From the NCBI GenBank assembly GCA_038523235.1, contig JBCBJQ010000087.1:1-25553 (forward strand): a stretch of 25,553 nucleotides of DNA. Direction: 5' to 3'. How positions within the stretch are numbered: position 1 is the first letter of the stretch; every line of letters starts with the position of its first letter. The notes beneath the pieces are model-generated. The model was not told the DNA's origin. It did no database searches and saw only the letters and a program-made list of their open reading frames with translations. Source of the DNA: Cyanobacteria bacterium J06626_4 (lineage in GTDB: Bacteria > Cyanobacteriota > Cyanobacteriia > Phormidesmidales > Phormidesmidaceae). The position numbers were made by a program, and so were the translations under genes. Below, one piece after another: positions 17,856 through 25,553 of the stretch.

Positions 17856-18938
17856 ATGGTTGTTACGGCTGCTTCCCCCCAGTCCATTGCTGACCAGCTC
17901 GGCGATGAAGCGAGTTATCTGCTCGACTACGAAGCGAAAGTATCCCAATCTCTACTCCACCTGCCCGGTCCCAACTGGGTCGAGGGCAACTTTGCCCAGA
18001 GCGATCGCAGTCCTCAGGTTCTTCGCAGTTTGCAGCAGCTCTATGGCACCGGCCGGTTAGCCAATACCGGCTATCTCTCAATCCTGCCCGTCGATCAGGG
18101 GATTGAGCATTCTGCCGCAGCCTCGTTTGCGCCCAATCCCATTTACTTTGACCCGCAGAACATTATTGAGCTGGCGATCGCGGGTGGCTGCAACGCCGTG
18201 GCGACTACGGTAGGTGTCTTAGGCAGCGTCGCCCGCAAATACGCCTACAAAATTCCCTTCATTGTGAAACTCAACCATAGTGAGCTGCTGACCTTTCCCA
18301 ACGTGAACGACCAGGTCATGTATGCCTCCGTTGAGCAGGCCTGGAATTTAGGTGCAGTCGCCGTGGGGGCCACCGTTTACTTCGGTTCTAGCGAAGCGAC
18401 TCGGCAGCTACAAGAGGTACGAGCGACCTTTGCGCGTGCTCATGAGCTGGGCATGGCCACGATTTTGTGGTGCTATCTGCGCAACAGCGCCTTTCAACAA
18501 GAGCAGGACTACCATCTCTCAGCCGATCTGACTGGGCAGGCAAACCATCTGGGGACGACAATTCAAGCCGATATCATTAAGCAAAAGTTGCCTACGACTA
18601 ACGGTGGCTATGGGGCGGTCGCTCAGGCCACTGGCCAACAGTTTGGCCGTACCGATGATCGGGTCTACAGCGAGTTGACGAGCGATCACCCGATTGACCT
18701 GACCCGCTACCAAGTCTTGAACTGCTATGCGGGGCGAGCTGGGTTGATTAACTCTGGTGGGGCCTCAGGCAAAAACGACTTTGCTGAAGCCGTGCGCACG
18801 GCAGTAATTAACAAGCGTGCCGGGGGCTGTGGTCTGATTTCTGGCCGTAAGACCTTTCAGCGTGATTTCAAAGAAGGGGTGAAGCTTTTTCACCTGATTC
18901 AAGACGTGTATCTCTCGTCTGAAATCACTATCGCTTAA
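17856..18938 (+). CDS. fbaB: Class I fructose-bisphosphate aldolase (FbaB/DhnA type)
   Basis: [31 protein letters not shown], Schiff-base region [19 protein letters not shown] and [28 protein letters not shown] upstream. Confidence 0.95.
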   Translation: MVVTAASPQSIADQLGDEASYLLDYEAKVSQSLLHLPGPNWVEGNFAQSDRSPQVLRSLQQLYGTGRLANTGYLSILPVDQGIEHSAAASFAPNPIYFDPQNIIELAIAGGCNAVATTVGVLGSVARKYAYKIPFIVKLNHSELLTFPNVNDQVMYASVEQAWNLGAVAVGATVYFGSSEATRQLQEVRATFARAHELGMATILWCYLRNSAFQQEQDYHLSADLTGQANHLGTTIQADIIKQKLPTTNGGYGAVAQATGQQFGRTDDRVYSELTSDHPIDLTRYQVLNCYAGRAGLINSGGASGKNDFAEAVRTAVINKRAGGCGLISGRKTFQRDFKEGVKLFHLIQDVYLSSEITIA

Positions 18939-18957
18939 GGTTGCGGTACCGCTCAAT

Positions 18958-18986
18958 TTAGGCGGGGTGGTGACCCGACTGCCTAA
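18958..18986 (+). terminator. Hairpin after fbaB
   Basis: TTAGGCGG...CTGCCTAA outer stem with an inner GGT-GGTG-ACC stem-loop. Confidence 0.35.
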
Positions 18987-19103
18987 TGATGGAGCGTTCT
19001 GAGGAACGGCAGTCCCTCAAGTCTCAAAGCGCTTCGGTTAGCCCCGATCAGAGAACTGAGCAAGGGCCAGATCTAGTCAATTTTTAGAGGGAAGCACCAT
19101 GAA

Positions 19104-19137
19104 AAAAGCGCTTTGAATAATACTTCAAAGCGCTTTT
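19104..19137. terminator. Bidirectional intrinsic terminator between convergent genes
   Basis: Perfect 14-bp inverted repeat AAAAGCGCTTTGAA-taatac-TTCAAAGCGCTTTT with A/T tails on both sides. Confidence 0.85.
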
Positions 19138-19184
19138 GTAGAAATCTCGGTTAAAAGAATGCGTTTACACTGCGCGGTGGCCAG

Positions 19185-20276
19185 TTAAGAGGCACGGCGG
19201 CGACGTGAACTGCGCCGCGATCGCGTCGAAATGGCATATTCCACGACGGCCCCTAGCCCAAAGAACACCGCCGAAAACGTCCAAAAGACTTCCCACAGGC
19301 TGCCTTCTTCATAATTTGCCTGACTGACGTAATAGGCAAAACACATGTCGGCGATGTAGAGACAGATCGCCGCGATCGCAATGAGCTTCCATGACTGCGA
19401 AAAGCGTCCGCCCCAAAACGCGACGAGCAGCGTCGCAGCGACTACCAATAGCAGGCAGTCACCCAGCACATAAAGCAAGCCCACCGTGCCTTCAAAAGGT
19501 TCCAACTGGGCATCTAGCGTCACCACCCAGCCCGGCGCGGTAGAAGAGACCGCCTCTTCTTCAACAGCTTCAGGAGCGGCTGCCGCATCTGGCGTCACTG
19601 CCGGATCAACCGGTGCCGCTGGGTCAACCGGCGGCGCGGCTGGGTCAACCGGCGCCGCCGCGGGGTCGGCAGGCGCTAAGGCTGGATCGACCGGTGCCGC
19701 GGGATCAGCCGGTGCCACCTCTTCAACAGGAACTGGATCAGGCACCGTGACCGCTTCTTCGACCTCAGCCCCGGCTCGATAGCTCAGGAAGAACGCCAAA
19801 CCGACGCCCAAAAGCCCCACCACGGCCACCAAGATCCACTGGCTTACCTCTAAGTTCAGGCGTCTTGGCAACACCGCCTGAAACATGCCGATCGCCAAAA
19901 ATATATAAGACAGCAAATAAAACGCATCGCCAAGAGACACCGCCGGGTCTTTGCCCCAAACGTTGCCCCAGAGATAAAACATCAGGTTGCCAAAGGCAAA
20001 GCACAGCAGGCCGAGACCGATCCAAAACCAGACGGTGCGGCCACTGACAATTTGGCCACTCTTCCAATTGCGAAAGCAGAGCAAGCTGGATAGCACAAAG
20101 GCCCCTGTTTCCAGCACCGTGATGCCGTTCAAATACCACTGAGGACGATCTTGCCCGGGCGGTGGAACGCTGAAAAAGAGGAAAAAGAGTAAGGCAATTA
20201 AACCCCAAACAATCCCGAGGGTGAGCAGGGCGTTGGTAGATAGTAAAGAAGATGCGGTAGAAGACTGCTTGCTCAA
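19185..20276 (-). CDS. Conserved-looking multi-pass membrane protein with a Pro/Ala/Asp repeat loop and a polybasic C-terminal tail
   Basis: About 8 TM segments, W..IGLG....GN..FYLW, PAVSLGDAFYLLSYIFL, GGRFSQSWKLIAIAA. Start moved to TTG 20276, preceded by GAGGAG. Confidence 0.8.
   Translation of the reverse strand: MSKQSSTASSLLSTNALLTLGIVWGLIALLFFLFFSVPPPGQDRPQWYLNGITVLETGAFVLSSLLCFRNWKSGQIVSGRTVWFWIGLGLLCFAFGNLMFYLWGNVWGKDPAVSLGDAFYLLSYIFLAIGMFQAVLPRRLNLEVSQWILVAVVGLLGVGLAFFLSYRAGAEVEEAVTVPDPVPVEEVAPADPAAPVDPALAPADPAAAPVDPAAPPVDPAAPVDPAVTPDAAAAPEAVEEEAVSSTAPGWVVTLDAQLEPFEGTVGLLYVLGDCLLLVVAATLLVAFWGGRFSQSWKLIAIAAICLYIADMCFAYYVSQANYEEGSLWEVFWTFSAVFFGLGAVVEYAISTRSRRSSRRRRAS
19601..19717 (-). 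repeat. Imperfect 18-21 bp coding tandem repeat (six P[AV]DPA units)
   Basis: Plus strand shows GG(A/G)TC(A/G)(A/G)C(C/A)GG... recurring. The protein reads APADPAAPVDPALAPADPAAAPVDPAAPPVDPAAPVDPA. Confidence 0.85.
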
Positions 20277-20463
20277 TGGAATACTCTCCTCAGAGCACAC
20301 AACAAAGAAAGTTAAATGCATGGCCAGCGCTATCGGTTAGCCAATCGCAACCGCAGCAAGTTTAACCAGCAAGTTTTGTTTTACAACAGGATCGGTAAGC
20401 TGACAACGCTCGCCGACAAGCTGGGTTTAAGACCCAAATATTTTGTGCCCTCAGTCCGCTTAG

Positions 20464-20479
20464 CCCTGTTACGACAGGG
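20464..20479 (-). terminator. Short hairpin downstream of the Npun_F0813-family gene
   Basis: CCCTGT-TACG-ACAGGG perfect 6-bp stem. No U-tract. Confidence 0.3.
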
Positions 20480-20534
20480 TGCCACATCTTGACTAAAAAG
20501 CACGATAGGTCAATGTTTCTTAAACCTCAGGTCA

Positions 20535-21203
20535 CTAACTCCAAAGCTTGCTATGGGGAGAGTTTTGGAGCCAGGCTAAAAACTGCTTGCGATCGCCCGA
20601 CGGCAGATCTTCGAGCGCATCCAACAATCGCTCGGTAAAGTTAGCATTGCCAAAGGAATCTTTGCCCAGACGATGCATTTCTTCGAGGAGCCTCAGTAAA
20701 TGATGCTCTTCCCAGGGGGGCACTTGAGTGGCTAGGGGATCCATGGTTAGCAAGGTATTGACGGCCTTCGCCGACGTCACCTGCGGAAATCGCCACTGCG
20801 AAAATACACCAGTAATCTCTTTCGAAAATAAATCAGCTTGCTTGTTGCCCAGCAAGTCTTCAATATCGAGGAAAAGCGCTTGTAAAATCAGCAAACACCC
20901 TTGAATTAGGGATTGTTCGGCAGGTCTATTAGCGTTGGCGTCTGCCCCTTGCCCAACGACTTCGTCGAGGCGAATCTTGCCCCAAATGCTAAACCGTTCG
21001 GGCTCTTCGAGTAACACGCAAGCTTTGCCGCGGTTGTCGGTTAAATCGCGCCACAGAGCCATCGCTTCCTCTTCCTGAGCTGCCGCAAATACGCTCAGCA
21101 AGCGAAAAGTCTGCTCCTGATAATACAAAATTGGGATCGGTTGATCCTTACTCAGATGCTGTACATTTTTGATGTCAACATCTTGTCGCTTGAGAATGAA
21201 CAT
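20535..21203 (-). CDS. Npun_F0813-family conserved cyanobacterial protein
   Basis: MFILKRQDV..., IPILYYQEQTFRLLSVF, and ALWRDLTDNRGKACVLLEEPERFSIWGKIRL, recognised from memory as this family. Confidence 0.72.
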   Translation of the reverse strand: MFILKRQDVDIKNVQHLSKDQPIPILYYQEQTFRLLSVFAAAQEEEAMALWRDLTDNRGKACVLLEEPERFSIWGKIRLDEVVGQGADANANRPAEQSLIQGCLLILQALFLDIEDLLGNKQADLFSKEITGVFSQWRFPQVTSAKAVNTLLTMDPLATQVPPWEEHHLLRLLEEMHRLGKDSFGNANFTERLLDALEDLPSGDRKQFLAWLQNSPHSKLWS

Positions 21204-21500
21204 GATGCAGCGAGTCGAGTCTGTGGGATCAAGTCATACATCACCAGGCGCGATCGCTCGAGCCTGAGACTAGCCATCAGTGAGAAAGGGCTTCTCTCGA
21301 CAAGTTGAGGAAAGTTTGCTCACGGCCACGTTATTGATACCTTACATTAGCCCATTCAAACCATTCGCCAGCATGAATACTGGAAAATTTGCAGTCTATG
21401 CTAGGCGGCGTCTGGGCAAGTTAGCCCGGTGATTGCTTCTCCAACTGTGAGAATTGATCATAGAATCAGCTTAGTCATCAGCGCACCTGATTGACGATTG

Positions 21501-21573
<73 letters not shown>

Positions 21574-21770
21574 TTTAGCGATTGGTCATGATTAACCAAT
21601 GGGGCAACCTTGAGCTGCTTCCCTTTCTTGAACGAACGTTACCTGAGCAGACACCGCCCGAAGCGGCAAAATCGCGGCTGAATCCGCAAGGGAATGCTAA
21701 CGTTTGGACTGAGCAGTTTTAATTGCTTCTGACTATCGATAGTAGACGTGCCGAAAGTTAAGTGCCGCCC

Positions 21771-22352
21771 ATGTCTTTGAAGACTCTGTTTGCCTGTGGA
21801 CTGCGATCGCCCGTGGTGGCAGCGGGGATATTGTTCGCCGGATTGTTCGCCCCACCTATCCCCGTGATCGCCCAAGCCCAGACCATTGAGACGATCGAAG
21901 AGTGCAATCAGTTTGCCGATTTAGTCAATCGCAACCAAGAGATTTTAGAAGCGTTTGAAGTGGAGATTAATCGCTTTTCGGCCAATGCGGTTGAGGCAGA
22001 AACCTTGGATGAAATTCGTCAAGCCGCGTCGCAATATGTGGCTGCTGTCAATGAGGTTACCGATAATTTAGCCACGTTGGCAACGGATTTGGAGGGCTTG
22101 GCGATCGCGGATGGTGAGCTGTCGATCTATCGGGATGACTATATCACTGTCGTGTCTGGCTTTAGCGAAGCGTTGGATGTGGTAAGCGGCGCGATGGCTG
22201 GGGTCGCAGATGCGGCATCGGAAGCCGAGCTGTCAGAGAATTTGGACGCGGTGCAAACCGATACGACAGAAGCCATTGAACAAATTGATGAGTTGGCTAT
22301 TGACGAGTCTGACCTATTGAATGACTTCAATGCCTACTGCGGTGCAAGCTAG
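21771..22352 (+). CDS. Secreted, highly acidic alpha-helical protein of unknown function
   Basis: Signal peptide ending AQA, amphipathic helices rich in D/E/A, and one Cys near each end of the mature part (EECNQ, NAYCGAS). Confidence 0.75.
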   Translation: MSLKTLFACGLRSPVVAAGILFAGLFAPPIPVIAQAQTIETIEECNQFADLVNRNQEILEAFEVEINRFSANAVEAETLDEIRQAASQYVAAVNEVTDNLATLATDLEGLAIADGELSIYRDDYITVVSGFSEALDVVSGAMAGVADAASEAELSENLDAVQTDTTEAIEQIDELAIDESDLLNDFNAYCGAS

Positions 22353-22385
22353 TCTCCTGAATCGATTGAGGGATGAGAGAGGTGT

Positions 22386-22414
22386 CAGGGGACTAGGGAG
22401 CAGGGGACTAGGGA
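22386..22414. repeat. STRR-like short tandem repeat
   Basis: CAGGGGACTAGGGA at 22386 and 22401. The GGGGACT core resembles the cyanobacterial STRR heptamers. Confidence 0.55.
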
Positions 22415-22499
22415 ACGAAATCTATAGCTTGACGTTGAGAACATGGCACCAGCAGATATTCCCGGTCGCCAATATCCATTACTGTCTCGATGGCTGGCG

Positions 22500-25067
22500 C
22501 TAACTCTCTGGTTGATTAGCCAGGGCGATCGCGGTTTTGCCAGTGTGCCAGGCTCGCCACAGGTTGCCCCGCAGTAGGGACGCAACAGCGCTAAGGCCTT
22601 GGATTTCTGGGGATTCAGGGGCTAGTTCTAGGGCGGGCGCTAGGGCAATTTGCGCCGCTTGAGGATGCAGGCCATAGAGGTTAACGAAGCCGAGATAGGC
22701 ATGGGCGTAGGGATTCTCGACATCGCGTTGCACTAACTGCTCTAACGAGGTGATCGCGGCGTCCACCTTGAGCTGTAGCACCTGCGCCAGCACTAGTCCA
22801 TAGCCGTAGTTCACCAATTCGGGCCGATCTTGCCAACGTCGCTCTAGGCTTTGTTCAGCTTGCACCGTGTAGTTTTGAATCGGGTCATAGAGATTGATCT
22901 GGCCAATGGGGTCAAACACTTCGTCTAGAAAGTCGGGGCCTTGGGGCAGCAGACCGCTCACTTCGCGTAGTTGTGTGACCCAATCGAGATCAGGGGCGGG
23001 CAGCGCTGGTGCTTGGGTTGCCAAGGTCACGGTAGCGGTGGCATTCAGAGGCTGAGGTGCTCCTTCGGCGTCCAGATACGTCCCCGTTAGCTGATAGGGG
23101 CCAGCGATCGCGGCGGGGGGCAGGGTGGCCAACCGTTCAACCACGCGAAAGCACCCTGCCGGATTAATATCTGCGGCGCTCAGGGTGGTCTGATGGGGTT
23201 GGATGGGGTGAGGCCGCAGGGTGCCTAACCCGATGGCGTGGTCGTGAATCCAGGGCTGTGCGGCGCTGGGGGTGGTCGCTGTCTGGGCCGGCACGGGCTC
23301 CCAGGTCAATAGCACCAAGCCGGTGCGCAGGGCGTGCCATCGACCAATCCATTCATAGGTCACCGGCAGCGGTTGACCGGGGGGCGCTTGGGCGGGTACC
23401 TCAACTTGAGCCAGCTGGGGAATCGCAGTGGGGCAAGCCGTCTCCGGTAGGGCCGTGACTTCGACGGGGAACTGCTGCCGCCGGTACAGATAAAGCCGCG
23501 TGTTATTGGGTAAGTCCCAGGTGCGATCAACGGCAAAGTTGGGATCGGCTTCGAGCTGACGCACCAGCACCGACTGGGCATCTTCTCCCGCTGGCGGCCA
23601 CGGAGCGGCTAGGTCACCCTGGGCATAAAACCACGACAGCGATCGCCGATCGAGTTCGTGTTTGCTGGGGCGGCTGCCAATCTGGCGGCCATAGACTTGA
23701 TAATCAACCAGCTTGCCGTAGTAACTGAGGTTGTGTTGATTGACCACCGGTGTTGACTGCAATCCCCCCACGGTGGTGAGCTGATAGGGTTGGGCCTGGG
23801 CAATGTGATCGACGATCGCTGGGTGCGGATACGGCTCTTCTAAATAGGGATAAAACGAGGCTTGGGGGGCCAGGGTATTAGCCACCCGATCTAAGGTCGG
23901 CAACCCAGTCGGAAAGACTGTCAGCAGCGCTACCCCAATTCCAGCAACATAAGTAGCGGTCGTGATCCAGGGCCATTTGCGCCACCAGCAGGCCAGACCC
24001 CACGCTAAAAACACGGCGAGGGCGGGCAACAGTGGCGCAATGTAGCGCCAATCTTTATTGACGATCGCCGACCACAGCCCATAGCCCCCCACCAGATAGG
24101 TCAACAGCCACAGTCGCCCCGCCGGAGTACCATCTAGCACTAAGCTTGAGCGCCGACCGGGCAGAATTCCCAACACCCACAAGCCAATGCCCACCAAGGG
24201 CACCAACAGCAACACCCACGACACCGCTGAGGGCAAATCTTGCCAATAGTAGGTCCAAGCGGCCCAAGTGTTGAGCATCGGGTCACCCTCTGCCTGGGCC
24301 GATTTGACATTGGTATTGCCCAAAATGCTGAACTGAAACAGCCAGTTCACCGAGAGCCATGGGGCCATCACAGCGAGGGTGACGAGCCCCCCCATCAGTA
24401 GCTGCAGCAAACGTCCCCAGCGCCGCTGCCACAAAGTAGCCAAGCTCACCCAAACCAGCGGCACCACTAAAAACAGCAGGGCCGACTGTTTGGTCATCAG
24501 CGCTAAGCCGTAGCTGGTGCCAAAGCCCAGCATCCACAACCACTGCCGTCCCCATTTGGGGGCGTCTCGCCAGACAGTCAAACACCAAAAACTAACCACC
24601 ACACCGGCAGTCACCGCATAGTCAAGCTGAAAGTCGAGGGCAATGCGTAGCAGTCGCGGCATCAATAACGTGAGTCCGGCGGCGAGTACTCCGATTTGCG
24701 GGCTAAAAAGATGACGCCCCAAGCCGTAGGTGGCGATCAGCAGTACTGCGGCAAACAGGGCATTGGTCACCATCGCAATATCAGATCCTGGTCCCAGCAG
24801 GGTGTGAACGCCTGCACCGACCAGATAAAACACTGGCGGATATTTCGGCGACAGCATCCACAGGTGCCGCAGCCCCTCTGCCGAGAGCCAGTTACTGTGG
24901 GTCAAAGTCCACCAGTAGTTCATGGCCAGCGACAGGTGCTCAGCCTGATCCCACGCGGGGGGCTTGTGATCCGCAATCACCCACCCCGCCGCGATCGCCA
25001 CTGCCACGGCCCACATTAGAGCCAGGCGTCCCAAATCTTTGGCCCAGGTCGAAACCCCTTTGGTCAT
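22500..25067 (-). CDS. GT39/ArnT-PMT-like (GT-C) membrane glycosyltransferase with a large periplasmic domain and a C-terminal TPR-like region
   Basis: PPAWDQAEHL, SPKYPP, ATYGLGRHLF, LALMTKQSALLF and NKDWRYIAPLLP; about 11 TM segments; C-terminal helical repeats (NPYAHAYLGFVNLY...ALELAPESPE). Confidence 0.85.
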   Translation of the reverse strand: MTKGVSTWAKDLGRLALMWAVAVAIAAGWVIADHKPPAWDQAEHLSLAMNYWWTLTHSNWLSAEGLRHLWMLSPKYPPVFYLVGAGVHTLLGPGSDIAMVTNALFAAVLLIATYGLGRHLFSPQIGVLAAGLTLLMPRLLRIALDFQLDYAVTAGVVVSFWCLTVWRDAPKWGRQWLWMLGFGTSYGLALMTKQSALLFLVVPLVWVSLATLWQRRWGRLLQLLMGGLVTLAVMAPWLSVNWLFQFSILGNTNVKSAQAEGDPMLNTWAAWTYYWQDLPSAVSWVLLLVPLVGIGLWVLGILPGRRSSLVLDGTPAGRLWLLTYLVGGYGLWSAIVNKDWRYIAPLLPALAVFLAWGLACWWRKWPWITTATYVAGIGVALLTVFPTGLPTLDRVANTLAPQASFYPYLEEPYPHPAIVDHIAQAQPYQLTTVGGLQSTPVVNQHNLSYYGKLVDYQVYGRQIGSRPSKHELDRRSLSWFYAQGDLAAPWPPAGEDAQSVLVRQLEADPNFAVDRTWDLPNNTRLYLYRRQQFPVEVTALPETACPTAIPQLAQVEVPAQAPPGQPLPVTYEWIGRWHALRTGLVLLTWEPVPAQTATTPSAAQPWIHDHAIGLGTLRPHPIQPHQTTLSAADINPAGCFRVVERLATLPPAAIAGPYQLTGTYLDAEGAPQPLNATATVTLATQAPALPAPDLDWVTQLREVSGLLPQGPDFLDEVFDPIGQINLYDPIQNYTVQAEQSLERRWQDRPELVNYGYGLVLAQVLQLKVDAAITSLEQLVQRDVENPYAHAYLGFVNLYGLHPQAAQIALAPALELAPESPEIQGLSAVASLLRGNLWRAWHTGKTAIALANQPES

Positions 25068-25155
25068 GGCGAATGGCTATCTCAAAATTGCTCAGCCGTA
25101 TTGTAAGGTGCGGATGCTGCGATCGCCGACTCTCCCACCAAGGCAATACTCAACA

Positions 25156-25548
25156 TCACGATCGGGGCGCACCGAAATGATGATCCCAGTGATCGCCACG
25201 TCGTTGATAGTGAGAACAGTTTTGGCAAGGGCCATCAGGGTTGACGGCACATCGGATGATTTCCGACTGCGCACTGTAGCGACAGGTGGCATCGCCCACG
25301 ACCCAACGATCGCCTACCCGACTAGTTTCGCTGGTAGCAGGCGTCGCCTGCACATACAGGTCAATTTTGTGCAGGTGGTACCGACTGGCGTGAAACTGGT
25401 AGCGATGACGGCGCTCTAACACGGTATAGGCCTGACCATTGTGCAGCACCTGCGCACCGGGCTGGGGTGTCCAGTCAAGCTCCACGCTGCCAAGCGATCG
25501 CGGGGGGTGAGTCAAAATCAGCTCGGTCTGAGGCAATGACGACGGCAT
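25156..25548 (-). CDS. DUF6464-family protein
   Basis: LDWTPQPG, YTVLERRHRYQF..RYHLHKI.LYVQ, and GDATCRYSAQSEIIRCAVNPDGPCQNCSHY (four Cys). Confidence 0.8.
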   Translation of the reverse strand: MPSSLPQTELILTHPPRSLGSVELDWTPQPGAQVLHNGQAYTVLERRHRYQFHASRYHLHKIDLYVQATPATSETSRVGDRWVVGDATCRYSAQSEIIRCAVNPDGPCQNCSHYQRRGDHWDHHFGAPRS

Positions 25549-25553
25549 ACTCA

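Overview
This is cyanobacterial chromosomal DNA: more than 30 perfect HIP1 octamers (GCGATCGC) counted by eye and many cyanobacteria-typical genes. hpsL and an Npun_F0813-family gene suggest a filamentous, probably motile, Leptolyngbya-like organism. Left to right: a devB-devC ABC exporter pair whose devC is broken by an inverted junction at about 76-79; an RmlD-like SDR; a membrane-anchored pentapeptide-repeat protein; an orphan hpsL; rarA with a C-terminal methyltransferase-like extension; a double-domain GT2; a 5'-truncated PEP-CTERM gene remnant; a five-gene Ni/Co ECF uptake operon (lipoprotein, accessory protein, M, Q, O) with an operator-rich promoter; DUF3593; a VOC protein; class I FBP aldolase; a multi-pass membrane protein with Pro/Ala repeats; an Npun_F0813-family protein; tRNA-Arg(TCT); an acidic secreted protein; a GT39/ArnT-like glycosyltransferase; and DUF6464. 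I see no CRISPR array, transposase or integrase, and I cannot support a wholly new multi-gene system. The strongest oddities are the head-to-head devC inversion (real rearrangement or amplification/assembly chimera) and the layered operator architecture upstream of the Ni/Co operon. Family assignments come from motif recognition by eye, not database searches.
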